From Cirrosporium novae-zelandiae (Eukaryota): a stretch of DNA of 64,000 nt. The notes beneath the pieces are model-generated. The model saw only the letters and a program-made list of their open reading frames with translations. It searched no databases and was not told the origin of the DNA. Positions within the stretch are counted from its first letter, which is position 1; every line of letters begins with the position of its first letter. Positions 34,409 to 47,220 of the stretch are shown here, one piece after another. The stretch spans positions 1 through 64,000 of the forward strand of contig JAPETS010000026.1 in assembly GCA_026023565.1 (NCBI GenBank). The letters run 5' to 3'. The translations under genes were made by a program, and so were the position numbers.

Positions 34409-35569
34409 ATGTACCGATATTCCCTCCCCCCTCAGGGCTATGTCCCCTACGATTTCATGGCATCTCCTCCGACTTCGCCATCGCCGCAATATGCATACAA
34501 CCCACACAACCCCCAGTGCAATACCCCTCGAGGCTACTCAAAACGGCATTCACACAAGTTTAGCAGTGATGGAACATATTCCTCCCCGAGGGGTCCAGGA
34601 TGGTACTCTCCAGCGGGATATCCTTCTCCTGGTTTCTACAGCAAAGTGCCCGACTATACGTCGCCACCACAGCACGACTATGTAAGTCCTTCCGGAGGGG
34701 GCAAAAGCCAAAGTCGCCGCTTCTCGACGACCTCTGGTTATCGACCGCGCAGCGGATCGCGATCGCAGACCCAGTACATCTATGTAGATGTGTCTGAGGA
34801 CGCGTACTATTCGCAAGCATATTCTATACCGAAGCGGCGGGAGTCCAAGTCATCATCCAAGAAGTTCGATGCTGATCGTGCTACTTGGTATTATCAGGTT
34901 CCCGCTTATGATGACCAAAAACCTCACACCCCGAAGCCTCGACGTCAATCGCACTCGACGCACTCGAAAAGCTCAACCCCAAAGCCCAAGACACAATCGT
35001 CGAAGCCTGTCCCCAAGGCAACAGAAGCAGACGCCGTCAAAGCTGGAATCCCTGCCGGTTACTCAATCAAGAACTGGGATCCAACTGAGACACCCATCTT
35101 GCTTCTCGGTAGCGTTTTCGATGCTAATTCGTTAGGCAAGTGGATCTATGATTGGACGGTTTATCATCATGGCGCCGCCACCCCGATGTCAGAAGTTGCT
35201 GGAGACATGTGGCTCCTCCTCATTAAGCTCGCTGGCAAGATGAAACGAGCTGAAGAATGTCTGCCTAAAATCCGTTCCGCTGACAACAAGGAAATGATCG
35301 ACGACTTCCTAGAAAGTGGCGACAGATTGTGGGATCGCTTCCGAAAGCTTCTCAAGGCATGTGAAGAATTCATGTGGAAGGCTGCCAAGAAAGAAGGCAA
35401 CAAGTCGATTCAAATGGGAAAAAGCGCCGGCTGTGCATTTGTCGACTCTATTTTCGGGCGTGACAGAGAATTGGAGAAGACGGAGAAGCTGATGACCAGT
35501 ATCCGACTCTGGAACATGCGGTTCGATGCTAACTGCGAAGAGATTTTGCGCCACCCCACAGCGGCTTGA
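34409..35569 (+). CDS. Conserved Pezizomycotina hypothetical protein (often auto-annotated 'vegetative cell wall protein gp1')
   Basis: 386-aa single ORF. Pro/Ser/Tyr-rich N-terminus and a conserved-looking C-terminal domain ATEADA...IPAGYSIKNWDPTETPILLLGSVFDANSLGKWIYDWTVYHHG...RLWNMRFDANCE. Confidence 0.85.
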   Translation: MYRYSLPPQGYVPYDFMASPPTSPSPQYAYNPHNPQCNTPRGYSKRHSHKFSSDGTYSSPRGPGWYSPAGYPSPGFYSKVPDYTSPPQHDYVSPSGGGKSQSRRFSTTSGYRPRSGSRSQTQYIYVDVSEDAYYSQAYSIPKRRESKSSSKKFDADRATWYYQVPAYDDQKPHTPKPRRQSHSTHSKSSTPKPKTQSSKPVPKATEADAVKAGIPAGYSIKNWDPTETPILLLGSVFDANSLGKWIYDWTVYHHGAATPMSEVAGDMWLLLIKLAGKMKRAEECLPKIRSADNKEMIDDFLESGDRLWDRFRKLLKACEEFMWKAAKKEGNKSIQMGKSAGCAFVDSIFGRDRELEKTEKLMTSIRLWNMRFDANCEEILRHPTAA

Positions 35570-38500
35570 GACATTCCGGACAGGCGAGTCAATCACAACA
35601 CACTACTGCAGACTCGTCACATCTATCAACCTCATCTTCTAATGCTCATCTACACTATTTACGCCATTTATTTGTTTTCTACCACCAGTTTGATACCAAA
35701 TGGGAACCAAAGGACTACGGTCCACGGCGGTAAAAGTTTTTTTCTACTTCGGCTTCGGCGCAACACAAAAAGAATATGATGCGATAAATTTCCCTCTTGC
35801 GAAAACCACACAACACAACATGAGATACCCCTGATGCGTTTTACTCCGTCGCCTTTTTAGCGATATTGGGGAGAGACGAAAGTCCATAGGGCGCAATAGC
35901 TTTGCTTTGGCTAACGGGATATTCATAACCTTCACAACCACTTGTATTACCAGATTCAATGAGACGAATTGCATTGAAGGAGGGAAGGATTTTTTTGAAA
36001 GCGAGAGAGTGAGCGAGCTTAAGGCTCAGGCTTGCGAGGGAGGCTATCGTATCAGTCAGGAACGTTTTGTTTGCTTTAAGCGATATACCCTTTTCATATG
36101 GTGTTGGGTTGGGATCTGATTCTACATACTTAATGACTAGCTACGGCTTTTTGATATATATTTTTCTTGGGTTTTTGATTTCTTGCTCTGGTTTAGCAGG
36201 GATAAAAAGGGCTCTTGTTTGATGAATGCCAACTAAATTGTTTTTTATTGCAGAAAAGAAAGAGTCCTCACGGAAAGCAACACATGGGTTTTTTATTTTG
36301 TTTTTGGTTTTAATCTTATTGTTATTAGATGGAAGGGAAAATGTTTTGTTTTTATTGCAATTTTTTGGCTTGCTCGCTGCTTGTGCGTTCATGCCCTGTG
36401 TGTGTGCGTGCGTTGTGAGGTTGTATGCAATTCGCTTTGCATATTTCTTCGCTTAGAGACTTTGGGCATGAATATTGAGCATGAACAGTGACTGGCAAAT
36501 AATGGGCTCACACACAATCAGGATAAGATAGGAATAGGATAGGTTTTTAGGGCTTCTTTAATTGTTAATATTTGTTGTCTTTTTTGGCATTCACATTTAA
36601 TTGTTCATGGTTCAATGTGTTCGTGTTCGAAAAATATTTAAGCCCGACTTGCTTGCTTTGTTAGATTAGATGTTTATATTATATCTTTGCCCTGAGAGAA
36701 GAGAAGACCAACAACACAACACATAATTGTCCAACTCACTCATTCAAATTCGTACATATATTCTCCAACTTCGAGTTTTCAACGTCACTATCACCGTTGT
36801 TTGCACCCAACCCACTCACCTACTCACCCATCAACCCGCACCCATCGTTGTCACTCTGTCACTCGGTCACCGTCACCTTAACCGTCACAACTTACCAAGG
36901 TACTTACTTACCTGTCGACCATGACAACCACAAGCCTTCCTTCCTACTAACTAACCTAACCACAAATCCACTAACCTCTCACGCCCAGCCTACTAAACCA
37001 TGGGACATGGGCCTAATGGGCTAGTGACTCATACATAACCATACTAAGTACATCTTTTTCCTTCCTTGACTTTCCTTGATTTTTCCTTTTCTCCACTAGG
37101 CACTAGAGTCCGATAGACAGACAGCAGGCTACAGTAGGCTACAGTATAGGCTTATGGCATGGGAGGACAGGACAAGATAGGATAGGAAGCGCCCCCATCC
37201 TTCTTCCCTTTCCGCCCCTCCCCGGGTGTGTGAGTAGTGAGTAGTGAATCTCCAACTTCCAGCTTCCAATCCGATTGATTGATCCATCTATCCATCCATC
37301 TATCTAAGCCTTTCGAAGTAAAACAGAAACGCCTGTTGTAACTACTTTGTATTTTTTACGCCCTGTTTATGGGACAAAGGACGGAAGAGATCACGAGGTT
37401 CTTTACTTGTTTTGGATATAGCGTACGATCTAACTAGGGTTATTATGTATGCATGTACTTGTATGTATGACCATATTCCTGCCTCATTTTTCTTTCTTCC
37501 ATTTCATTCCCTTCCTATGACTATTTTGAGTAAGCTAATTATATTGTATATCAATCTGTCAGTCAATCTATCAGCCATTGTTTAGCTTTACTTTACTTTA
37601 CTTTACTTTCTGTGCCTAAACACAGCCCATCCATGACAGCCATGACAGCCATGACAGACGACACTTACCCTTGACTTCACTTCAACTGCACAATGACGGT
37701 CTGTCAATGCAAATGGGACTTCTCCACTCTCAACTTCCAACTTCCAACTTCACAGTACCAAACAAACAAAACAAAGCAAACAAGGATGACAGAATAGTAC
37801 AATTACGGTCAAGGAAGGAAAGGAAAAAAACAAGGAAAAACGGACCCATTTCTTTTTTTCCCCCATGGTTTTTGATATTCGCTTTTCTCTCTTTACACTC
37901 ACCGCCAGAGCGCCAGAGCGCCAGAGGAGAGCGTTAGAAAGCGCCAGCTAAAAAGCGGAGTGAAATATTTTATTTCCTTTCTTGGGGGTTTTTTATTCTC
38001 CGTGTGTGTGTGTTTTTAAGAGTCTGTCTAGGCTTACTTACATGGCTGTAGTACCCACCGACTGCGGTACCTCTGTCCTCGGTTTTTGGTGATTCTTCAA
38101 TGTGTTGTGTTGTGTTGATTCTGTTTGTTTCTGAAAACCTTAAAACCAACCCTACAACAATAACAACAGCTTTAAAAGTATAAAAGTATTTGTGCCTGTG
38201 CGTAACTAGAGTTATGTACGTATGATGATGTTTTGTGCGTGATGGAAAAAAAAAGAAAGTAAGGGCAAGGAGGTTAGAAACCCTAATGTTGAACTTGAGA
38301 GGTGCCCTGAAAGTCTTTTGAGCACGGCCCCTCCCTCGCCCAAGGATAAACTTGTGGTAATTACTTCATTTCGTTCTTGGTTTCTTGTTTATTCTGTTAG
38401 AAACCCTAAATCCATCAGCCATCAGTCGAGTGAATCCGCGATAGACGTTAGAACTTCACACAAAATATGTAGCCAATTTACCAGGATATTATCCTTGCAT

Positions 38501-41500
38501 TTTTACACCTATCCCATGAAGAGAGGGAAAGAAAAAAAAGGGGTGCACATACCAGCCATTCTTCCCCTCTTCCCATGCTGCCTGCATGAGTACATGCGTA
38601 TGCGCACTGACCTAGCGTAGCAGAATACAGAATTGACAAGGAAAACTCTACCTTTACATTTCCCTACCAAAATCCATGTTAACAGTTACCTTGAGATAGG
38701 ATTGTACATGTACAGGTGACGGGATGGATATACGAGTAGGATTTATTGAAACTCTTTCTTTTTTGAGTTGAAAGAATGATCCTGAAGCCTGGAGAAATGG
38801 ACTCAAGAGTAGAGAGTTCAAGAGAAGAGTTGGTTAGACCGTTCAACAGTTTAAACTTGAAGTTTCTAACTGGATATAGTAGGATAGGCAGTAGGGAGAC
38901 AAGGTTGACGTCGGAAGTGAAGTTTGGGATTATCCTTGACAAACAAAATAATTTGAGTTGTGCGACGACTGGATTGGAATTTGGATTTTGGTCAAACGGA
39001 CCAGGGTTCTAGGGTATCAGCCCTGGTTGACGTTGACACTAAACAGGGATGAGTAAACGAACCATTGAAATGAAGCACAAGCCAAGTTGAACTAAAAAGG
39101 TAGAAGGCGTTCGTTGCTCGATTTTTCGCCAAGGGACCATTGGTGAAGGCTAAGGCTAAGGTTAGTTAAGACTCGGGCGTGAGCGACGTCAGCGCCCAAA
39201 GACCGGGCGGGAGCCTAAAGTACGGTAACTGGCCCCAACGTAACGTTCAGCCGTTGTTGGGCCGAAAAAAAAAATGTCGCCAGATTAAATTGAATGGGTG
39301 GTGGGTGGTGTGAATAGTCTTCTTGTTCTCCCAACCCTTCTTTCCACATAGACCTCGATATTGTACTTGACGCCCTCCTAGATTAGATAGCTATGACTCT
39401 TTCTTCATATTGATTTATTCTCTAGCCGCCTAAGATATGATACTTGAGTCATACTTGGTATGATGACCATGTATGAGACATCAGTGTAGAGTTGAAGGAT
39501 GAAAGGATTACTTCTTGAGTAGAGTACGTAGGTGGCTCTTTGGTGCCCTTCGCCCCATATTGTATGGCTGTTGTGGTTGCCTACTGAGCCGCCATCGCAC
39601 TTTATTCCATTTACAGTACCTCCAGCCCATGTGGCGATTTGCTTCATGTTGATTTTGATTTCAAAGCCTCGGATACATCTTGATCTAGACTTCCCAAACG
39701 TGTACGGGTCCAGGGAGGCACAGAGGGCAAAATTACCTTTTGCCACTGTGTTGTGTGGTGGTGGTGGTGGTGGTGGTGTGGTGGTAGGGTTGGGTTATCC
39801 AAAGGGCGATTATTTTGTCCAACTGTGATGATATTGTGATGATATGGTGATGGTAGGCTGGTGCCGTTGATACACGGTACTCCAAGCCATGAATCCATTA
39901 CATTGGTAAAAAATCAGTACAGAACAGGCAACAACAAGAAAAAAATTAAAAAAAGAAACGAAAGAATTACAAGATATCGCAACCGGGGCCATTTGTGGAT
40001 TGTGGTAGTTGCTCATCAATAAAATAATATTTATTGACAACGAATAAAAATATGTCAAAAATAAACCAGGACCCAAAGGTCAAAATTTCTTCGGCACATG
40101 GCTGACATGGTGATATGCACTGGCTAGATCCCATCACGAAAGATCAACATCGAGATCTGTGGTCGCATGTCTACTGGCCCATAGAAGTTGGAAGTTGAAA
40201 GTTGGAACAACCCCAAGAAGGTACAAAGAAGATGCAAAGAAACATTTTCAAAAGATAACGTTAAGCATGTCATCCAGTCTATCAAATGGCAGATACTTTT
40301 TTCTATCAACCAATCTTGTCAACTTTCTTAGCGCCCGCCAAGACCGCCCCCCATGATTCGCCATCCATTAAAAAGAGATGGTAGTGATACTTTTAATGTA
40401 TGGCTGGCTGCAGCTTCATTGCCGCCCGCTCTCCACAGAATCTGTATAACGTCGGAGTGTGCGTGTGTCGGATGACTTGCAGAAAACCAAGTACGGGTGT
40501 GTATGCAGGATGGGTAGGGCTAGGATTGTTTGATGTTGTGTTTCCCAATGAAATGCCTAGGTGACATTTGGGTGAGATCAGCTTTCTTCAATTGCACTTT
40601 TGATGTTATTTTTGGAGTATTTGTGCATGATGAAAATTCTGGGAAAGAAGATGGAGGGGTTTCTTCTCTTTGGGAGAATGCAAAGGATGAGCATGGTGAC
40701 ATTGGTAGGTTGAACGGTGGGACGAAATGAAAATCAGATGCAATATTCGAGGTATTATAATTAGGGTTTCCTTGCTTCACGAGATTGCTGTGTAACGTGT
40801 CTATGTTTATGTCTATGCATCCTCTTTTATGCAACTACTGATTTCCCTTATCATTGTTATACACTTACTTTCGACTATTCTCTTCTCCTCATCTCCTTTT
40901 TTCCTACACCTTCTTTTCCTACATCTACTTCTATTTCCAGCTTCCCATCTAGCATAACACTCCCTAATCTCTTTTCAATCAACTACCAATTGATAGACAC
41001 CACCATTCCAAATCCTAAAATCATCCCAATCTGTACCATCTTCCAATACATCTACGTATCCATATCTAGCCTAGAATGAGAGCGAAGGCATGGTCGAGAG
41101 GCAGGGTCAGATATCATGGTTTATCGTTGCGCTCGTACAATAAATGAGCCATTTGCCGACAAGATCACCAAAAACACAACCAGCACCATGATGGGAGACA
41201 CCAATAAGACTGTAGCCCGTATTGGGCGATCCATCATGACCACCTTCTTCATCATATGGTGATTGTGACTGCTGTTGAAATGATTATACTAAGCTGGAGT
41301 GTCATTGGAGTTGCTCTGTTTCTCTGTCACTAAAAGGTGGAAACCGCGCAAGTGTAGCGGTGATTGTATTCCTCATCCTCTAGTTTAGAGTGGTTATGAT
41401 GGTGGATCATCCCGTGGTATGTCGTATTTCTATTATTTCCTATATACCATGATAGTTTTTCTGATTCTGATTATGATGATGATGCCTACGATGCTCATCG

Positions 41501-41749
41501 TGTTGATAATACTTATATGCTTTTTCTTACTTCCACTGGGCTTCACATGCCTACCATATTTCTAGTAGATATAATGTCAAAAACTCCTAGATAATATGTA
41601 CTGATTGGCTGTACTGGTATCTTGAAATCATCATAGCTAAATCAATACATATCTATTCTGAACCTTGGTTTGTTTAGACATGAGCAACTTTATATTATTC
41701 ACATCGACTTCCATTCTCGCAAGAGTATTATATCCACACCTATAACAAC

Positions 41750-41804
41750 ATGAGTCTAATATAAATCTAATATAAATCCAACATGAATCTAACATGAATC
41801 TAAC
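41750..41804. repeat. Degenerate 11-bp tandem repeat (ATRAATCYAAY)x5
   Basis: atgagtctaat ataaatctaat ataaatccaac atgaatctaac atgaatctaac. Confidence 0.7.
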
Positions 41805-42280
41805 ACCAAGCTCCAGAAACATGATGGTGAGAGCTGAAAAAACATCATGACTGAAGATATACCGTCGGATTATCTACAGATATGGCATTAGAAATAAAGG
41901 TAGGTTAGCATGCGACATATGTACATGTACATGTACAAGTACATATCTTGAGAAGATCGATGATGTCAGATCAGATTAGATAAGATGAATATTCTGACAA
42001 GAAACCCTGAACTTGGTACGTGCTTGGCAATCCTAGTTACACAAAATTATCCCAAAATGGTAATATGATATTACTCGAGTTAAAAAGTAGAAAATACTAC
42101 CATTTTATTTCTATCCCAATTCCCGAGGTTTATACATCTTTTTGCCAAACGGCTACAAAAAAATAAGTCTCATTATGGTAGCATCAGTCATAAAAGGACC
42201 CAAATCCCCAGAAAATATCCATCTCATATCCGTACATACGTATCCTAAGTTCGCCCAGCGTTCCCAGAATTGGTATATGG

Positions 42281-44866
42281 TTAAATGACAATATATTCTC
42301 CTTCACCGGGCCGTAATACCATCGCTGTTCTCCATTTAAACCCCTGAATCGCTGAACTCTGATTCGGCCCAACACAGACGGGAGATTCCTTCCATATCTG
42401 CTCCAAAAGTCGTAAAACTGAAATGTTATTGTAGAAACCCGAATCTTTTTGAATGTCTAGACATCGTTGCCTGACTACCTGGCGATCGATAGCCGTTACG
42501 CATTCCGAGCCAGTAACGAAAAGAGGCCAGAGGAGAAAGACATCGGATTGAACTTTTTGTATATAGTCCAAGGCCTGACGTACCCATACTTGTATATCAG
42601 GATGTGAAGATGGTTTGGAAGGGTAGGCAAGACGCTCGCAGTATATCAAGGCAGAGTAACGGAATGATTCGGAAATATTTGAAACATCATCACGGTTGGG
42701 TCCGACCATTGCAGCACAGGGAGTATTTGGATTAACAGGATCCATTTGCCACTGCAATAAACTTGTTCGAACGGCATTGTACTCTGACCAGAACTGGGCA
42801 CGGTTCTCTTCAGGAACTGCCAACGGTGTGGCTCCATTTCCAGGTCCTGCCCAGTCTTGACAATCAAAGTCACTGTAATTCATAAAGTAAAAATCACCTG
42901 AAAAGGAAGGGATTTCCATCGAAGGGTGTGTTGGCCTCATGGGTCTCGGAATTGCAGAACCATTATCCATTTTTTTATTTTGGCCAAGGAGATTCAACTT
43001 GTTGAGCTGAGCTACAATCTTGAAGAGGCGACCATCGCATCCTGCCAGGTTCTCCAATGCCCACTCATCGTCACAGAGGGCAGCCATGTTAATGTGGTTC
43101 TCCTGTAGCTGTCCTTCTCTGTCGTTGACCGTAGCAGTCATGGCATCGAAAAAGGTGAACATGGTTACAAACCACTTGATGCGTTGTGATAATCTTCCGG
43201 ACCCACCCTCCCGCAAGCCAAGCAACTTCCTGACACCAGCAAATTGAGTTTTGAACTTTGCAACTCCGGAATCACAAATGTGAAATAGGCAGAGAACCAG
43301 AAGTGTTGCTAGAGTTGAGTCATCCAAGACTTTTTGTGGGTCTGACAATTCACGGTTGAGGGCTTGAATAGAGGCACCCTTGTGATACCTCTCTTCATTG
43401 GAATCATCAATTGCCTGAAACAGCTCGACATTGTTTCTTGTATATGCACAAAGTCTTTGATGAGCATCCGATGACCTCCGAGCTGGAGGGGTTTTGCCGG
43501 TTGATAATGCTTTCTGGTCTCTTCTTATCCTTAGATTGGTGGCAGACAGAGCGGCAATTGCATGTTGCAAGGTTTCACTCTGCGCCGCCAGAGGTAATAT
43601 ATGGGATCGATAAGGATTTGTTGGACCATCGAATGCAACAATAACAGGGGATATGACTTTGTCGAAGTATTCGATCAGAAATTGCATACGTGGCGTTGAG
43701 CCGAGTGCAAGCTTTGGTGTGTATCTGGATAAATCTGGCACTGCATAATACGTCCCGTCAACAAAACCAACCTGGCCAGGAAAATCATTGCGTGTGATGG
43801 TTTCAATATCATCTTGGTCCCCATCTCCATCAACTTCTGCTATTCTTGTCAAGGGTTGATATAGACTCGGCGTGACAAAATATTTGCTAGTCTCCTTTTG
43901 CCAGTCGTATCCACCATCATATTCTCCATTGTTTATTGGAATGGTTCCAGGGATATAACCAATATTTGGCTGATACCATTGAGTTGGGACTGAGGTATTG
44001 AAGTTGGTTCCAATCTCATCATCTAGATCCTCTGCAATAAGAGGTAGATGCTCTTCCGACCCAAACGAAGTATTGAGGCCAGTAGGAGCGTCATGAGGAG
44101 ATGAATTTAGGACCGGTGGGCTGTCGCTGAAGGTGGAACTGGAAGATGAAGCAGCCAATCCGTCTGGACTCAATGCCTGACCTGAATTCGTGGGATATCC
44201 ATGCTGCAGAGGGGCCGCATGTATTTGTTGCGAAGACGAGGTTGAAGAACTAATTGATTCTCGAGGATTTTGTGGAGGGTTTTGCAAAGGGTTCTGCAAG
44301 GGCGTTTGCAATGAATTTTGTAAAGGGTTTTGTAGAGTATTGTGCCATTGGCTGGTTGTTTGCGGAAAGTTTGAAGATGATGGAATAAGATCGGGAAGTG
44401 GTTGTTGGGATTGTAAACCTGAGATCTCGCTAGAGGTTGAGTCGCTATTATACACTGCGTTTGATGGATAACTTCGAGGAGGTTTCGATGAACTAGGTAC
44501 AACAACGCGATGCGAAGGAAGTGTGCTTTTCTTATGGGCATGTCCCAAAACGCCAGATCCAGATTGCTTCTTGTTAGGAATGGGAAGAGAAAGCCCTCGC
44601 AACTTTCCTCGACTCGCTACTCCTACTCCCCAGGTGAGCGTTGTCTTGTATCCCGAGCAGTCCTTTCCAATTTCTAAGCATTGGGAGCAATATGGCCTTC
44701 TTCTGTCGCATTTGATCTTTCGATTCGCGCAGGTGAAGCAGTCCTCAGCAGCGCCTGTCGCCGGTGCTCTTCTTCTCCGTTTTCGAGGTGCAGTGGCTGA
44801 TAATTTCGGGAGGGAGGATTTCCCACTGGTCTCTTGGGTTGGGTTTTCCGACATGATGGATGCCAA
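42281..44866 (-). CDS. Zn(II)2Cys6 transcription factor, ACR-2/SfgA-like (Fungal_trans_2 domain)
   Basis: CFTCANRKIKCDRRRPYCSQCLEIGKDCSGYKTTLTWGVGVASRGKLRGLSLP, SPVIVAFDGPTNPYR, FLLWPLFVTGSEC and terminal GEYIVI. Confidence 0.9.
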   Translation of the reverse strand: MASIMSENPTQETSGKSSLPKLSATAPRKRRRRAPATGAAEDCFTCANRKIKCDRRRPYCSQCLEIGKDCSGYKTTLTWGVGVASRGKLRGLSLPIPNKKQSGSGVLGHAHKKSTLPSHRVVVPSSSKPPRSYPSNAVYNSDSTSSEISGLQSQQPLPDLIPSSSNFPQTTSQWHNTLQNPLQNSLQTPLQNPLQNPPQNPRESISSSTSSSQQIHAAPLQHGYPTNSGQALSPDGLAASSSSSTFSDSPPVLNSSPHDAPTGLNTSFGSEEHLPLIAEDLDDEIGTNFNTSVPTQWYQPNIGYIPGTIPINNGEYDGGYDWQKETSKYFVTPSLYQPLTRIAEVDGDGDQDDIETITRNDFPGQVGFVDGTYYAVPDLSRYTPKLALGSTPRMQFLIEYFDKVISPVIVAFDGPTNPYRSHILPLAAQSETLQHAIAALSATNLRIRRDQKALSTGKTPPARRSSDAHQRLCAYTRNNVELFQAIDDSNEERYHKGASIQALNRELSDPQKVLDDSTLATLLVLCLFHICDSGVAKFKTQFAGVRKLLGLREGGSGRLSQRIKWFVTMFTFFDAMTATVNDREGQLQENHINMAALCDDEWALENLAGCDGRLFKIVAQLNKLNLLGQNKKMDNGSAIPRPMRPTHPSMEIPSFSGDFYFMNYSDFDCQDWAGPGNGATPLAVPEENRAQFWSEYNAVRTSLLQWQMDPVNPNTPCAAMVGPNRDDVSNISESFRYSALIYCERLAYPSKPSSHPDIQVWVRQALDYIQKVQSDVFLLWPLFVTGSECVTAIDRQVVRQRCLDIQKDSGFYNNISVLRLLEQIWKESPVCVGPNQSSAIQGFKWRTAMVLRPGEGEYIVI

Positions 44867-47220
44867 AACCGAGCGACCAACTGCTCAATTCGAGGCAATA
44901 CTCGTGGTAGGGAAATTTAGAGTGACGTTTAAATATCAATGGGTGAATGTTGATCAGTCAGTATAAAGGGAAGTGATGGAAGTATTAGTTATGTGGTAAA
45001 GCCGGAGTCGCTTAGGAACAGCCAGGAATATCTGAAGCATTATGAGGTCTTCGCATGTGCTTGAGACTTGGAGATTAATCAATGGATTGATGGATTGATG
45101 GATGAATTGAGAATGCTCAGGTAGGGGTTTGATGAACCCTTGTCGGATTGTTTCTTACCCCGGCGATGGGTTAGATTTCAGAAAAGTTGATATATTGATG
45201 TTCGGTTGAAATAGAGATTAAGGATAATGGGGGGATAGGACTGCAAGTGGTAATTGAGTGATAATATGGTCTTCTCCGCAGTGGAGATAATGATCAAGCT
45301 TCACAGAGTGTTTAAAGTGCGTCCCTTAACTTACGAATGTGCCGAGGAGAGGATCAAGAAAGCACTGGAAGACCAGCAGAAGGAGACCAGAAAACCAAAT
45401 GGTGGACAGTGCTGAGATTGTAGTTTCGAAAAAGAGAAACAAAAGAAGTCAATAGTCCAATATAATCCAATGCGACTTTAGAATGATGAGGATAACGTTC
45501 AATAGTGTCTTGGGGTGGTCTTGGAAAGTATCTGCGGCCTTTCTGCGGGACCTGGGGGTAAGAGTGGCGCTGTTAAGTTGTGGTTACAATACGCTATACT
45601 CTGAAGTCTCGTAGTCTGTCGGTAGTCTTTGGTCGTCTCCCTTGTCGTCGGTCCTAGTCTGTTGTAGTCTCTTGTAGGCTCGCCGGGGATGTTATACCCG
45701 ATCCAACCGAAGTGAGAGCAGACCACCCAACAAGTTAATTAGTCGACAATAGTATTAGATATCAGTTGGAACTTCGGAACATGTAAGATTAAATAATAAT
45801 GATGATGGATGATGATGGATTAAAATAGATGGAACGATGGGAGACGGAAGATGGAAACAGAAGAGAATAATAATAATAATAATAATGGATGATTCAAATA
45901 AATAAATAATCCTGTTGCTCAAGTGCCATGTATAATAAGATGTATATGTATTATGTATGTATTATGTATGTATCATGTATGTATATTATGTCTATACATA
46001 TTACTGTATGCTACAGTAATTTATCCCCCCCCTCCTCCTCTTCAAACAAATGATGAGGGAGCAGTGTACATGTACCGAGGTATGGTATGGGCCGAAGGGG
46101 TAGCCGACAGATAAACAGCCACACACAGCCCCTACCAATGTCAAGGTCCATGGGTACTCGAGTAGTATTAAAACAATCCCGAGATTAATTAATACTTTCT
46201 TGCAATCCAATGGTGGAATCGCCGGTTTTTACACCAATCCTTGTCCCTGAATGATGAGGAGAAGAATAACGAATTCACCATTTTGTCCACACCACTGGCT
46301 CAATATAGTACTGCTATCTAATCGGACTTGCCGTCAGCGGCTGACTGCCTATAGGTGAATTGCAAACTTTTTTTCCGACGGGTATCATTGAAGCAATGAG
46401 CAATGATTCCGAAGATGAAGATGAAAACGAGGATAAATCCACGCGTACATGAAAAAAGATACAAGGAATAAGATAAATATCCTGGACGGACATGATAGGT
46501 TGCCGACAGTGGGGGTCTTGATTGATAGGGATGTTCTTGATCTTCAATCTCACATTTTGCAGCATTCCCGTCGTGCCCGTCCCGTGTGAACCTTCTTCGG
46601 CTTGTGGAGATGATGAGAAGGATGCAATGCATCATTCCCCTCTAGAAAGGCCGTAGAAGATTAGAATTTTAATTATTACTCTAAGGAGAGGTCAATGCAT
46701 GACATGACCACCTAGTAAAGGTACTTTAAGGAAATACTTAACTTGATCAAACTCTTAGCCTTGACGTCAAATCATTTTTTTCTGCTGTTAATTATCCAAC
46801 TTATCGCCCTTCCCCATACTTTAGGATTCGCAAGGCTGAGTGCTCACGTCTGTAACACGCCTAATGATTCCTTCTACCCTTTAAAGCTTTGTGGCTGTAC
46901 TTGGTAGGCTGTGTGCATGTACAATAGAAATTGCCTAGAGTGCCTTAAAATCAAGTAAGGCAGACAAGACAGTTAATTCCTTTCTGTATAGAAAATATAG
47001 GAAGTGTAAATATCTATTTCTTTCATACCTATTCCATCAAATCCCACATGTTTTTTGTTGTGGAAACTTTTCCAACCAATCCCATATCAACTAGACCTCT
47101 CATAAATTTGTCTTTGTCTCTTCGTCGCTGATAGTTACTAAGATCCGTATCATTATTCCTTTGCCCAATAACTATCCATCCATCCTTGATCCACTCTTCT
47201 CAAACCCTCTTAGCACCACC

